Assembly (NCBI GenBank): GCA_973895155.1
Contig: OZ316892.1
Span: 6,059,978-6,123,977, forward strand
Length of the DNA: 64,000 nt
Direction of reading: 5' to 3'
Source of the DNA: Marsupella aquatica
Lineage: Eukaryota > Plantae > Marchantiophyta
Shown here: piece after piece, positions 39,601-52,204 of the stretch
How the letters are laid out: each line of letters begins with the position of its first letter
Position numbering within the stretch: position 1 is the stretch's first letter
Notes under the pieces: model-generated
Told to the model about the DNA's origin: nothing
The model's input: the letters and a program-made list of their open reading frames with translations, nothing else
Database searches by the model: none
Translations under genes and position numbers: made by a program

Positions 39601-42600
39601 TGGCGATGACGATGAGGTCGAGATAGTGGTTGCTAGCAGCTCTGGTGAAGAAGCACCAAGTGAAGCAACAGAGCAGGCAGGTGCAACTGGAGATCCAAAG
39701 AATACTAACACTAAAATGAAGAGGCATGTAAATAAGCTAGCAAACGAGACAATGGATACCCTTGCACAAATGGGCGAAGACCTTGGACTGGAGGGAGAAG
39801 CAGGCTCAAAAGTAGCTGCTTTGCTGAAGAAGTGGAAGAAAGTGGCAAGGGCAACTTCGGCATTTGGAATGCCTCCAAATCATCAGGATGAGGGAGACGA
39901 CGATGGGGATGAACCCTTTGACTGGGATGATGGGAATGAGGGAGACGGAGATGATGAGAGTGTAGCTGGGAGGGGTAGGCGCAGAAGAAAACGCAAAGGC
40001 AGTGCTAAGAGAGAAGGAGAAGTAGGTGGAGAACGACAACCAAGCGAATCTCGCAAAAGCTTGTTTGATGTTGCTGCAGACGTTCTTAAGCGTTCGAAGA
40101 AATCTACTGGAAAGTATACAGTGTAAGAATCTCCCTCTACTTCAAGATTTAGTTAGAAATGTGCAGTGATTTATATTTCTGTTGAATGAAGTTTTTTGGA
40201 TGGCACAAACACGACTGATATGACAGACGACAAAGGTAGACACCATCAGATTGTGATGCATCCATTCGTTACAAGAAGCAACTAGGTTGTTCAACGAAAA
40301 GGTTGAATCCATAAAAGCTGACAAAAATTCAAAACACGGATCGAATCCCAAAGAGATCTAGCAATAAACCCTGACTTGCTCCTGCTGGCAGAAAAATCAG
40401 AAATAGGAACATCAATTTCCCTGTCAATCCCTTTTTCCAAATGAGCTGGAATAAGGAAATCTGCTGGGATGAAGGCTGCATTGAATGAATTACAACTGGA
40501 GCTGCCTGCCTTCTGTTATTAAGAAACTCAATCAACTTTGCTGGATCAACTTCCTTGACATGAAATGAGCAAAATCTGATGGACCACACCTGAATCCCTA
40601 AACAATCCTAGCCATTATGCCAACTGCCTTAACAATGAAATTCATACACTCATGGAGATGCATTGAAAGCCAGCTCACTGATGGAGCAAGTTTCTTGAAA
40701 CGCTTTTAAAGCAAAGAGCCATTGCAATCCTGTGATATGCAGGGCCCAACCGGTTGAGTTGGGTAAAACAGTGCCACTTGGGTTCGCAAAGATGATGGAC
40801 ATCAGCAAGCCACCAAAGGTCATCAAGTTCTTCAATGATCGTCAGGTGCAGTGTGATTTTAGATTTCTACCCAGGCTCAGATTCTTAGAAAAAATACAGA
40901 CAAAAGCGTTTTCAATCCGGCTATGGCTTTGCAAAACTGTCCGAGTTGACACATGCGCGTGCTGCTAAATCAACTTGAGATGTTTTTTTGCAGTTGACGA
41001 AGTTAATCACAGCCGTATATATGGCCAAAGTTGAAGCGGACGCACTCGATGACGCGGCTGACAGTGACCGTCAGTCTTCATGCGAATTTGTTTATGACTT
41101 CATGTTAAATTTATATGGTTTGAAGCGCCTTGCTGAGTCTGCCGTCTGGGGTCTATTCAAAAAAATTAACATGCTGCGATTCAAGAAGGAGATTGACAAG
41201 TGTCACAAGGTATGATCTCATTCCTGTTCCTAGACTTTCCCAAACTCGGCTTCAGACATAATATAGCCTGCAGGCATTGGATCGAAGCCGTCAGTTCTCA
41301 TGCAGCAGATCTCTGTCTAAGCATAAATGGAGCATTAAATCCAAAGGATGAACGACGTGGATTCAATGGTCACAAGATGTCAAAAGCAGCATCCACCTAG
41401 TGCCATGTCAGAGAGGATTATACAAGACAAACAGCACATTGTAACGGAATTGTAGTATCAACAGAATCCAAGATAGAGTAGTGTTGTAATCAATGGTTAG
41501 AACGCAGATTTGAACATTTACTTTGTGTCCTGCAGGCAAGAATATTCAACCGCTTCTGTGGGATGGATGAGAACATGTACTACAGTGAGCGGGATCTCTA
41601 CCTGTACTTGAAACTAATGTCCAAAGGAATCGCTACAAGTGGCCTGTTCTACCCATCTGAACTGGATGATGGAATTAGCTATGTCAACTGTGTTTGGGTT
41701 GAAGCCTTTGCATCAGAGCCCAATCTCATATCGTACATGGGATCACAAGCAACTGCACTTGACTTCATTCAGAAATTTGTGGCAACCCACGCGACATACG
41801 ACAAAGTATCGCTAGAGGTAGGTGTCCGAAATGAAGGTTTCAATCGACAACTCTGATCAGGAAATGTTTATAATATAAACATTACAGGCACACTCTGCAT
41901 TTGGGCAACCCCCGGAACAATATTTAACATATCGAGCAACACAGATATAAACTTTCCTCCACAAGCTTACCTACCAGATAATGCACGACTTTCCAATTAC
42001 TGGCAAGTAACGATGTGCATATACCCTGACAGGTTAAGAAAATCACAAAGTCGGAAAAAGTAAAAAGGATTGACTTTGATGAGTTGATGGAGGCAATCTT
42101 CGAGAAAGGTGCTGCCGATTCAGTAAGTAGCAATTCTGACATTATATAATTAATAAACTAGGAAACTCTGCCCATAAAATCTTGTTTCTAAAGTTTACAA
42201 AAAACGAGGAATAGAGGTCTTAATCTATCAATATTTGAAAACGCATATAATTGTGTGTTCCAGAATTATTTACAGTCTTCACACTTCCGAACTAACAGCC
42301 GTGCACCTTTAGGCAATCTACTATACGTCTCGTTATTTGAAAGTAAAACTATCTGGCTGCTTATACCAAAGGAAGCACATCTCACGAAGACAATCTGACA
42401 GTACTCAACTCTAGATTGATGAAATTTATGGTTTTTCAATTCAGATGTTCGCTAACAGCCGCCGGCTTAAACATTTTACTTACAATAGTGGACTATGTAG
42501 GAAATGGAACAAGGTGGTTCTAACGATAATGAAAAAGTGATCTAAGAACAGTTTCTGCATTACAGGGGGTGGTATCTATCCCCAAAAAGGCAAAGAAAGG

Positions 42601-43723
42601 AATTCCAGTCAAGCAGCCGCTTACTGCAGATCAGGTGAGTACCAGTTACTTTCAGGTCGAGAACCCTTTGCAATCTACAGGAACGTCAAAAACTTCTGAT
42701 GTGACTCCAATGAACTTCATTGAAAATAAAACATCTCGACTACTGTAGCAAATACTGTTCTAAGTCCGTAGATAGTGTCCCAATCCAAGTGCTGATTTTA
42801 TAGATAATGGAAAGTAAAGCCTTTCCATACTAGGGAGTGAAAATGCAATTCACTAGCTAAGACACCGTCCATTGTTACAGTTGGTACTTGGAAAAAAATC
42901 ACCAGTGTTTCGTCCATAGTCATGGTGGATATTTGGAAATCTCATAACGCTTCTGTCTGCTTTGTGTGCTCCTCATTTTATCAGAGACTGGCGTTGGAAA
43001 ATCTTTTTATTGCTGGGGATGCAAACCAAGATGGTGTCTTAACCTTCCCAGAGTTCCGTGAGATAATTAAGAGTGCAAATCCAGCTATATCACATCAAAA
43101 TTGTTTGAGAATATTTCGTGAAACTCTCCTTCTTGAACCTGAGGGAGGAGACAAAATCACTCCGGCAGCGTTTGCTACAGTGGCTCACAAACACGATATT
43201 TCTGCACCACCAACAGTTATATTCGATCTTCTCACAAAAACTTGGCTTCAGGTATGTTTGGAATAGCGCTCCACCGTCATTAGGCGTTTCTTTAAGAAGA
43301 CACGGTGCTGTCATGGTCTATCTCCAAGAGGTAGTCACGGCCTCTGTCATATTTCAGAAAATTAAGTCTTTCTGCACCTATTATTGACTTACACTTTTCT
43401 TACAGATCCAATCCGATGTCAATGAGAACAAGATAAAAGATGAGGCAGCAAAGAAAGAGTCAGATGAGCTGAGGATGAGAGTGGCGACTCTGGTAGATGC
43501 TGGGGTTGATACCAACGGGGCAGTACAGGCTTTCAGAGACTATGTTCTCAAATTTTGTGGTGAAGACCAGGAACAGCAAGAAGACGAAGAGGAAGACGAG
43601 CAAGAGCAGGAGCAGGAGCAGGAGGAAGACACGATACCAGAAGGAGACGAAGTAGAAGAAGGAGAAGAAGGAGAAGAAGAAGAACCACCAGCGGAAGAAG
43701 GCACCTCGGAACCGCCTGTTTGA
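33665..43723 (+). CDS. Large (~1563 aa) axonemal dynein light chain (p28/AXDND1-like) domain, coiled-coil and EF-hand protein; putative flagellar protein
   Basis: 13 GT-AG exons splice in frame: 33665-34396, 34693-35118, 35323-35934, 36856-37005, 38110-38184, 38771-40122, 40743-40845, 40994-41209, 41536-41817, 42033-42122, 42566-42634, 42985-43251, 43406-43723. PGKREDVSLLSEWL...FLEVVRQ|VRIHCEERGDLI resembles p28 (ELIRQVTINCxERGLLL) and is followed by heptads. EF loop DANQDGVLTFPE and an E-rich tail. The start codon is uncertain. Confidence 0.8.
37364..37474. repeat. Nested inverted repeat (fold-back) in an intron
   Basis: Outer 16-bp perfect pair 37364-37379 / 37459-37474. Inner 15-bp perfect pair 37407-37421 / 37433-37447. 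Confidence 0.85.
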
Positions 43724-45659
43724 AGAGGATGGTCAAAACCCTTGGAGTCAGGAACCGATGAAGCTGGTCCTGGCCCTTCTTCGGGTAGGGAAGAAGGTGA
43801 TCAGATGCTTAGGCGCTAGAGGGTAAGTGAAAGGAAAGTTGAAACAAACAAATGTTTAATATCGAATACTTGCATTCTCAAGATTTTGAACACGGGAAGA
43901 GTTTGGTTAAAGGAAGTACTGGGAGGTCCTGTATTAGTGTAGCGTTTATACTTTAGCACCAAGATAACATAGAAACGGTAGTAGCGTAAGTAGAGCTTGC
44001 TCGAACTCTGACGGTCATTTAGAAGACAGAATGACAAACCTAATTATAAACAATGCCAAAAGAACTTAGAGGGATTTTGAAAAGGGATTTGTTCCTCAAT
44101 GGACCAATGTACTGATTTCTTGTGTTCAAGAAAAGCAGAAATAGACTGTACTTTGTTCTGCAGTGCTCTACCACGGTCTGTAAGCAACTGCACTCCTAAC
44201 CTATATCCTACAGGAGGAAACCACTTAAGAAATTGATCTACAGGATTAGATGAACTCGCCAGCTGGGTGCGAAACATGCACGTTACATAACATGAACGCT
44301 TCAAAGAAGCTGCAAAAACGAGAATTTAATTGTGCTTAAGCTTGTAACAGACCGATTTGGTTTCAAGACAATTTGGTCGTTCAGGACTGATTAGAGCTTC
44401 TTGTGAAAAAGTTAGGATTATAAATACAAATATTTCTGTTCCTCATTACAGCAAGGGGAAACAATGTTGAGCGGGACTGCGTACATTTGAGTAGGGGATA
44501 TAGGAAGTAATGCAGTTTGTAATTTCGAGTGGTGCTGTCTCTTAAGCACTATTACAACAAAGAGTCAGTTAACAGGACTTGGAAATCGCGATATTGAAGA
44601 CTGTCCCGGCCCATGGGCTCGCCTTAAATTTCGTCGCTAGTCTTGGTATTACAGTAATTTTAGAATATCATGTAGTTTCGTGAGCTGACTTTGACTGATT
44701 GATATGCAACATTCAGGTGGCCAATGTCTCATCCCGTGTTTGGGATATTGTTAATTTTCGTATTTGATGGAATCCGGTTTGCTTTGAAACCTGAAATTCT
44801 GTCTCTACGACCCTTCTCGCATCTGTTGTAACTCACCACAGGTCCTTGAAATTTTATTTAAGAAATTGGTGTTTTATAGCAGCGTGCATGTAATCACCAT
44901 TGCAGACTAACCTACCAAGTGACCAGATTGCGCAATGGTCCGCGTTTCCTTGACAATGTGTTATCTAGTAATTGCGCCACCAACAGGCTGAGAAGTCAGT
45001 CTAACTTGTGATGGAAAAACGCACACGAGACTCAAAAATCGTTACTGCACGATGTTTGAAAGTTTGTTTAGTGTATTCAGAATGTTGATTACAACAAAGG
45101 GGGAACAACATAGACACTGCTCCGCCTTCTTGGTGAGATTCGAATGTCTAACCCATAACCATAGACGACTCTTCGCGACTCGGCATTTGCACATACTAGC
45201 AAGAATTCTGACATATGTTGCTTCCCACAAGGAGATGCAAAGAAGGCGAGGCAGAGCACTTCATGCTATGAATTGCACAAGCTCCTATCGTCCTCGCTCT
45301 GTTCTTTGCAGTCCCAGCTCTAATCGTCGATGCTCTGCTATCTGGAGAATTTATGCCAAAATCTTTTTAAGTTTACTTTAGTGTGGTAGAAGTTAAGATG
45401 TGTATGTTAGTCGTACATATGAACTTCTCGTTTGCACAAAAACCCGTAGAGCAATCCGATGCTAGAATTCTGTGGTTGCAGCACTCACTACCTCGTATGC
45501 CCTTCATCCACTAATTGAAAGCCCATCTGTGATCTAGTTTAGTATAGGATTTCGTGACCCCGGTTAGCTTGGAGCTCGTCGCAACTCAACACAATGTTAG
45601 TGTAGAGTCATCTTTGGGTCTCCGCAGACGCTTTCTATAGAGTCTGGCCAGTCTTACAA

Positions 45660-48600
45660 ATGACGCTTGATCATAATCTTAGAATGACCTGGCGCAAGGC
45701 TCTGGAAGCAGAGAATTGTGTCCTGGTTAGGGAGCTATTGAAAGAGGATGAGAGACTTTTGAAGGAAGGATGGGAGGAGGACGTAGAGGCATCGGCAAAG
45801 CAGAAACCTCGACGCGTTTGGAAGGGGCGCACAGCATTGCACGTTGCAGCCAGAAGAGGTGATGTTGGATTAGCGGAACAGATTCGGAATGTCTTGTATC
45901 TGAGAAGCCCAGGTGTTACCATGGGCAGCAGCAAGGAGCAGAGGTGGATGGATTCGATCGACTTTCATCTTTTGGAAGCAATAGACACCGACTATGAGCT
46001 AGATGCACTAGCAATGGCAGTTGTGAATGGCAACAAGGAGATTGTCAACTTACTGAAAAGAGCCAGCCTCGATTGTGCATGGAATCCTTATGGCATAAGC
46101 CATGAGGATGATCAATTACTTTCTTATGAGGAAAGGAGAAAACAAAAGGCTGCACCATCGTACCGGACCAGCCTGGAATGCCCAACTAACGCAAAGGACT
46201 TTTCCTCACCTTATGGAAACTTATGGAATCTGTATGGTATAAGCTCTGAGGCCGAGGATGCGGAATGCAAACCTGCACTATGGATTAATGGGGTACTAAC
46301 GAACAACGAGGCGCTATCTGATAGCGATGCGTTATTCAAGATAACAGAGAAAGTATTGTTTGAACTCAAGGACTGTGATCTAGACAAAGTAAAGCTGATG
46401 TATCGAAATGACTGCGATTTCAACTTCCTTGAGATAGAGCTATTTTTCTTTCACTTCACTTTCTCAACATGGATACGTGACGGAATGTTGGATGATCTAG
46501 TTCGACCAATTCGAGAGAAAATAGTCTCACTCGCAAGAAAAAACAACCGTCTAAAATATCTGTTAGTAGAATTGTGGGACGGCCAGGGGAGAACGCCGTT
46601 GCATGTTGCAGTGGATTCTAGAAAGGTCTCCGAATTTCTCAACCTAATGCACATGGAAACTGGAAGTGGGAACCTCTTTGATGAGGTCGTTAAACATTTG
46701 GAATCTGAAGATTGGGACCTCTTTGACGAGCTCGCAAAACCTGTCCTGAACGCAATCGACAGCGTCGGAAGGACACCACTATTTCGAGCCGCCGCAAAGA
46801 GTGAAGAATTTGCCGTGGTGAGGCTCCTGGAAGATGGCAGAGTGAATCTCACCGCAGGAATAAAGTTTAGAGCTGACGAATGGGGCGCAGGCCTGAATAT
46901 AGACAAATTGTCATGGAGGAATGGTTTCATGAACAACTGCTTGGATGTTCCAAAAGAGACGCTTCAGGAATTTCTACATCCTGATATTGGACCTTCGCAG
47001 GTGATATCCTGTAGTCCACTCCACGTCGCCATAATTCACAAGCATGAAAGCATAGTCGAGAACATTGTAAACAAACTTCGTCACACGCGCGATGGAAATG
47101 GCACAGATTGGTGCAACCGTCGATGTTCTTGGCCGGAAGTAACCGCTTGGAGCAGAGCCTATAAGTATCGTGTGACTACGATGCAACTGGCAGTGTTAGT
47201 GGGGAGCAGACCCATACTGCAAAAAATCCTGAAGGTGATCATCCACTCGCACTGCTTGATTTGTCCGCAGACCCATCCTGTGTGGCAGTTCTCTCATGAA
47301 TGGCAACCAACGTAGATCCCCTTTTTCGGGAACCTTACCAGAACATGCTTGAATAGTCCACAGACCCATCCTGCAAAAAATCCTGACAGGTGATCATCCA
47401 CTTGCTTTGCTTGAATCGTCATTGGCTTTTGTGCATTTACAGAGCTAGATTGATACATTAGTTCTCAATGAATGGCAATCAACGTAGATCCCCTTTTTCG
47501 GGAACTTTACCAGAACATGTATAATTTGGAGACTTGTACCAGTGATAGGCAGTCAACCATGTGCAGCTCTCATCTCATCTTGTACGATGCGAAATGATCA
47601 TCAAATAGCACAAGATAGGAAAGATCTAAATGTCCAGATTGTGGTTGGGAGATTTAAATGTCCAGATTGTGGTTGGGTCAGGTTAAACCTCAACTTTCAA
47701 CGAAAACAGTAATTCCCCAAACCACCCCCCTGCGCAGTATACGTAACAGCAAAGCAGTACAGCGTAGGTCACGCCAGTTAGATCGACATGCATGAATAAA
47801 TCTTGTTGATCGACCCTACGGACATAAATGAAGTGAAGAGTGACTAATTTCTTGTGATACGAATCCTCTTGAGAAACGATATGCAACAGACTACTTCTGA
47901 TTTCCAGGTGGAAGGTTGTGCTATGTACTTGATTCCTAGATTCTGAAACAGAAATCGGTGTGTTGAACTCTCTATCTACCAGGCGGAGGAAGAGAGACCG
48001 GGACTGTTTACTGATCGGTTGTCCGAGCATTATTTGCAGAGTTTCTTTGTTGCCGCAGCTGTGGGAAAGCCTGGTACCATCAAAGCATTCCTAAATAGCG
48101 AGGAAGGAAGGTTTAATCCCAGGAAAAGAGATATGTTTGGGAATACAGCTTTGCACCATGCACTGAAGGGACAGGATGTCAAATTTCACCCTCATTTGGT
48201 AGACTTCGTTGGTTGCGACCACGTTTTTCATTGGCGATGGAAGCATGACGATCAGATCCATTCTTGGGTAGCCAATCCACACGAAAGAGAACAATTGCGA
48301 AGAGATGCGGAGAAAGAGTCCCGTGAAGAACACAAAGAGAAACAAGGTCATCGAAAGGCATCCATACTTTTGTTATTGCAAGCTGGAGTTGACATCTTGA
48401 TAAACAATGACTCCGGTGAGACAGCAAGTCCAGGATCTGATGCATCGGAAAAGTTTGTGATGTGGTGGTACGAGATAGAGGTACAGGAGACACAACAAAT
48501 GCAAAAGAGTCTTAATGATGCAGCAAATGCAATTTCAGTGACTGCTGCTCTAGTGGCCACTGCCTCGTATGTGGGGCCAATGCAACCCCCACTTGGCTAC

Positions 48601-49092
48601 GCTGGAGAATCTTCAGGCATGCAAGTCAGAGTTCTACCTGTGAGAATCTTCATTGTGTGTGACACTCTCTCATTTTATTTGGCCTTGGCTGCAATCATGT
48701 TGGCTCTCCTCCCATCGCTTCCTAAGCCACAACAACCCGCTTTTAAATTGTTGGTACGAACCAGGCGTATCGTCGCTGGCGCTGTCGCCTTCCTCTTTCC
48801 GTCCATCATTTGCGTGCTAGTAGCTTTTGGTGCAGGGTCCATTGCAGTGATCCGGGAGCATGGATTTTCCCATCATGGCCTCACTATATTGACCACTGTC
48901 CTGGGTGGAATTCTTTGCCTCCGTGTGATAATGTCATTCACAGCTGGATTGGTGGGCGTTGTAACTACTTTGATATCTGATAACAGGCAAAATGCCAGCA
49001 CATTCTGCAGAGAATTATTCCTCTTGGACATTGTGCTTGACATCTGCAAGTGCTTCAAGACCATGAAGGACAATTTATTATTGAGATGGTGA
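45660..49092 (+). CDS. Ankyrin-repeat protein with C-terminal PGG-type transmembrane domain (ACD6/ITN1-like class)
   Basis: Exon 45660-47234 (GRTALHVAA, GRTPLHVAV, GRTPLFRAA, SPLHVAI) probably joins exon 47983-49092 (GNTALHHA, then ANAISVTAALVATASYVGPMQPPLG and about four hydrophobic helices). The acceptor is tentative. Confidence 0.85.
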
Positions 49093-50074
49093 GTGCTATT
49101 GGCATGAGTTCTATTTGTGACTCATTTCTTGTTGGACGGACAATCTAGCTCGTAAATCGTTGCAGGACGAGCTAGTCTCTGTGACATGATCTCTCCAATC
49201 AATATATCTGTATCTTAAATAGCACAGCGATCTAGAATGTAACCATCTCGGGATACATTTTGGAATTGTATATAATCCATGATGCCTCTGCACGACCTCG
49301 TGATTGATTTTTGACCTTCTTCGAGGTCGGCTACGCCCACAGGTACCGCAGTGGGAATGAATGTTACTATAAAAGCTCAAGGTGGTCTCACAGGTTTTTC
49401 GATCCCCACCTCTATTCGATGTTCCCACTCTTCAGGGCGCTGATTGGAAGGAATGTCGTGTGGATCACCGGATCTCCCTTAATCATGGGAACGATATGGG
49501 AACGATAGGGCCTGTGAGGAGCAATATCCGTATATTTTGTATAGCAGGGACCGATCAAGAATGTGACCATGTCGCACTCCATGCAGAGAAATTGCAGTCG
49601 AACCAAATTGACTTGTTGCATTCTTATAGGTCAGCTACAGCTGTATAACGCAATCGAAATGAGTGTACAAGCTCAACCAGTTGGCATAGATTTTTTATAT
49701 ATTCCACCTCTCTGGCTTGGTTTCCTCACCCTTGAGGGGCCTGATTGAAAGAAATGTCCTATGGATCACCGGATCTTTCGCATGGGTCGAATGCACCCAA
49801 TGAATTAATGGACATGTGTGGGTCACTTTAGAACACTGCACAAGTTGTTCCGCTTTTCACAAGTCTGAAATGGAGTGGCAACACAGGCATACTGCATTCA
49901 TCTAACTGATCCTTAAGAAAAGGAAATAGCACAAGCATCGCAACGTCAATATTATTTCCATCTAGGAACATCATATGTGAATGTAGAGGCACAGAAAACA
50001 GAGCACAATTTCTAGATGAGGCACACAACGTATTCTTTATGCGTTCTGTGACTTCATATCGGAAAGAAATGATC

Positions 50075-51785
50075 TCACACAGTTTGCGTCAATGGCACTG
50101 TCTCATCCACTATGTCAGGGGTCTGACTTGAATTTGTCTCTGTTGAATGCCAACCATGAGAAGATAAGACCTTCCTACGTTGGAACTTCCAAACTACTAG
50201 TTTAACCAGCTCTATCCAGCAGGCCCCCACTATGCATACAAGTATTATGAGGAGCCAATGTTTTCCTCATAATGACACTAGTCCTAGATTCCTTTGAACA
50301 AACTGGGACATGCCAATGACAGTTGACAAAACAGCGGTTACTAATAACCATGCTAGCATTCCGAAGTTCGAGAAGAGGCCCTTTCGTATCACCGGTTGTC
50401 GGAAAGTTCTCAAGTTAAAGGCCATCAAAACTTGCATAAAAAGCCAGGTAAGAAAAGCGCTGGTCTGCGCAGTTTGCGGATCAGGGTGGACTGCAAACAT
50501 GAAACTTGCAAGGACAGTTGTTGCCCTGAAACCAATATTCCTGTCATCAGTTCAGAATCGAAGAATCTCTGCGAAGGGTGCCGAGGCTTTCTCTTCATGA
50601 TATTATTGTCACTAGGTTCCATGAGGAACGAAGAGCTTGCTCCCAAGTCCATAAAAAGTTCTAACAAAATGATCTGAATTGCAGAAAGAGGACCCCTGCA
50701 AGAGCTCAGACAATTGAAATGTGAGGAGGTTTGTTTTGGAAACAGGATCGATCCACAATGTGGTATAATTACTCTTAAGGCATACCGTCTGGAAGTGTGA
50801 TAGCTTTGAGCTGCTCTTCGAAGTAACTATCAGTCTGTCAATTATTGAATCCTACCAGAGAGAAGCACAGCAATTTACAGAGATTGGAACCCATCCCATC
50901 TGATGAGCTGAACTGAAGGAATGGTTTGAATTACTCACCTGTCCCACAGGGTTCCAGAGACGAAAAGAAGAATGAGACCAGTCCTTGTACCCAAGTAGAA
51001 GGCAAGAGCCTTGCGTAGGTTATCCAACAGTCTCCGGCCTTCAGCCAGTGAAACCGGAATCATGCTGAAGTTGTCATCCATTAGTACAATCGCTGCAGCT
51101 TCACGTGCCACGTCTGTACCTTTCCCCATAGCAACACCAACATCTGCTTGTGCCAAAATCGGGGAATCATTGACACCTGCAGTGCATCACAAGCCCATGC
51201 TCTCTATACATCAGCCAGCTCTGCAGCTACTCTTTCTGATATCTTCGTTTTGTACACCCTTTCCAAGTAATGTTTGATGTTGGGATTTGAAGTCAAAAGT
51301 CCATGACCGGAAGGGCCTCCAAGGAAGCATACGCTGGAGCCAAGTGCAAATAAAACAGCTCGATCGAACGTGTCGGCATCGACTTTGTGAGGCGAAGCAT
51401 CGGCTTCATCGTCTGAATCTCTTACTTCTGACTCTTGCTCGACATTCAGTTTCACATCGTCGTCATCATCACTAAGTCCTTCGTGGATTGGGTGTTGACC
51501 TGGAGACGAAATGCCTTCAACGCCTTCAAGATCATCTCCAATATCTGTCATGAAAAGCCAGGCCCCAAATACCTTCTCCAACCCAACAGAGTCCAAAGTT
51601 CTACGAAATGATAACGGCCTGCTTCGAATTTCGTATTTCTCCGTACCGAGATGAGCCGAATGCCAAAACAACCAATTTTCAGTGAGAGTACCCGTCTTAT
51701 CAGTCAAGATAGTATCAATAAAAAACCCAAGTTTTCTGCTGCTCTGAGCTTCTTCAGATACATAAATCGTTTAGACAAAGATCGG
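50075..51785 (-). pseudogene. P2-type cation-transporting ATPase pseudogene (5'-truncated, internally deleted)
   Basis: KKLRAAENLGF/IDTILTDKTGTLTEN with a frameshift in the A6 run at 51720-51725. [37 protein letters not shown] hinge. TM6 ILLELFMDLGAS. Frameshift near 50530 and premature TGA at 50269-50267 before the last helix. No KGAPE or TGD segment and no N-terminal half. Confidence 0.85.
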
Positions 51786-52019
51786 TGGATTGGGAACAAA
51801 AAACTTCGAATCCTTATCATTGAATCATATAATAAATTTCTACAAAAGTGAACAGCAAACAATTTGCGCGACGCCCTGACTGCAGGAGGAAAGTTTCCTT
51901 GCTCGTCAACACAGCCACGGGACTGATTATATTTGGGGCTTTGAAAATTGCAATAGCCCCGCGACGAGAACTGATTGACCACGACGAAACCATACATGGC
52001 TCAACATTTACAACGAGTC

Positions 52020-52173
52020 TCATAATTGTAAAGGCCTTGCGGTGAACGCTGGTGAACTTGATTGTTCACAAAGAAGTTCAATTGCCACGACCTCTTCCGA
52101 CAGTGGAGAATACTTCAGCCCGCGCTCAAATATGCCTGTTACGAAACACATTCGTTAATACCGTATTCAAATC

Positions 52174-52204
<31 letters not shown>

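Noticed and set aside
26526-46936. Long antisense ORFs opposite DXS, p28-domain and ankyrin exons
   Set aside because: Expected shadows of real coding exons.
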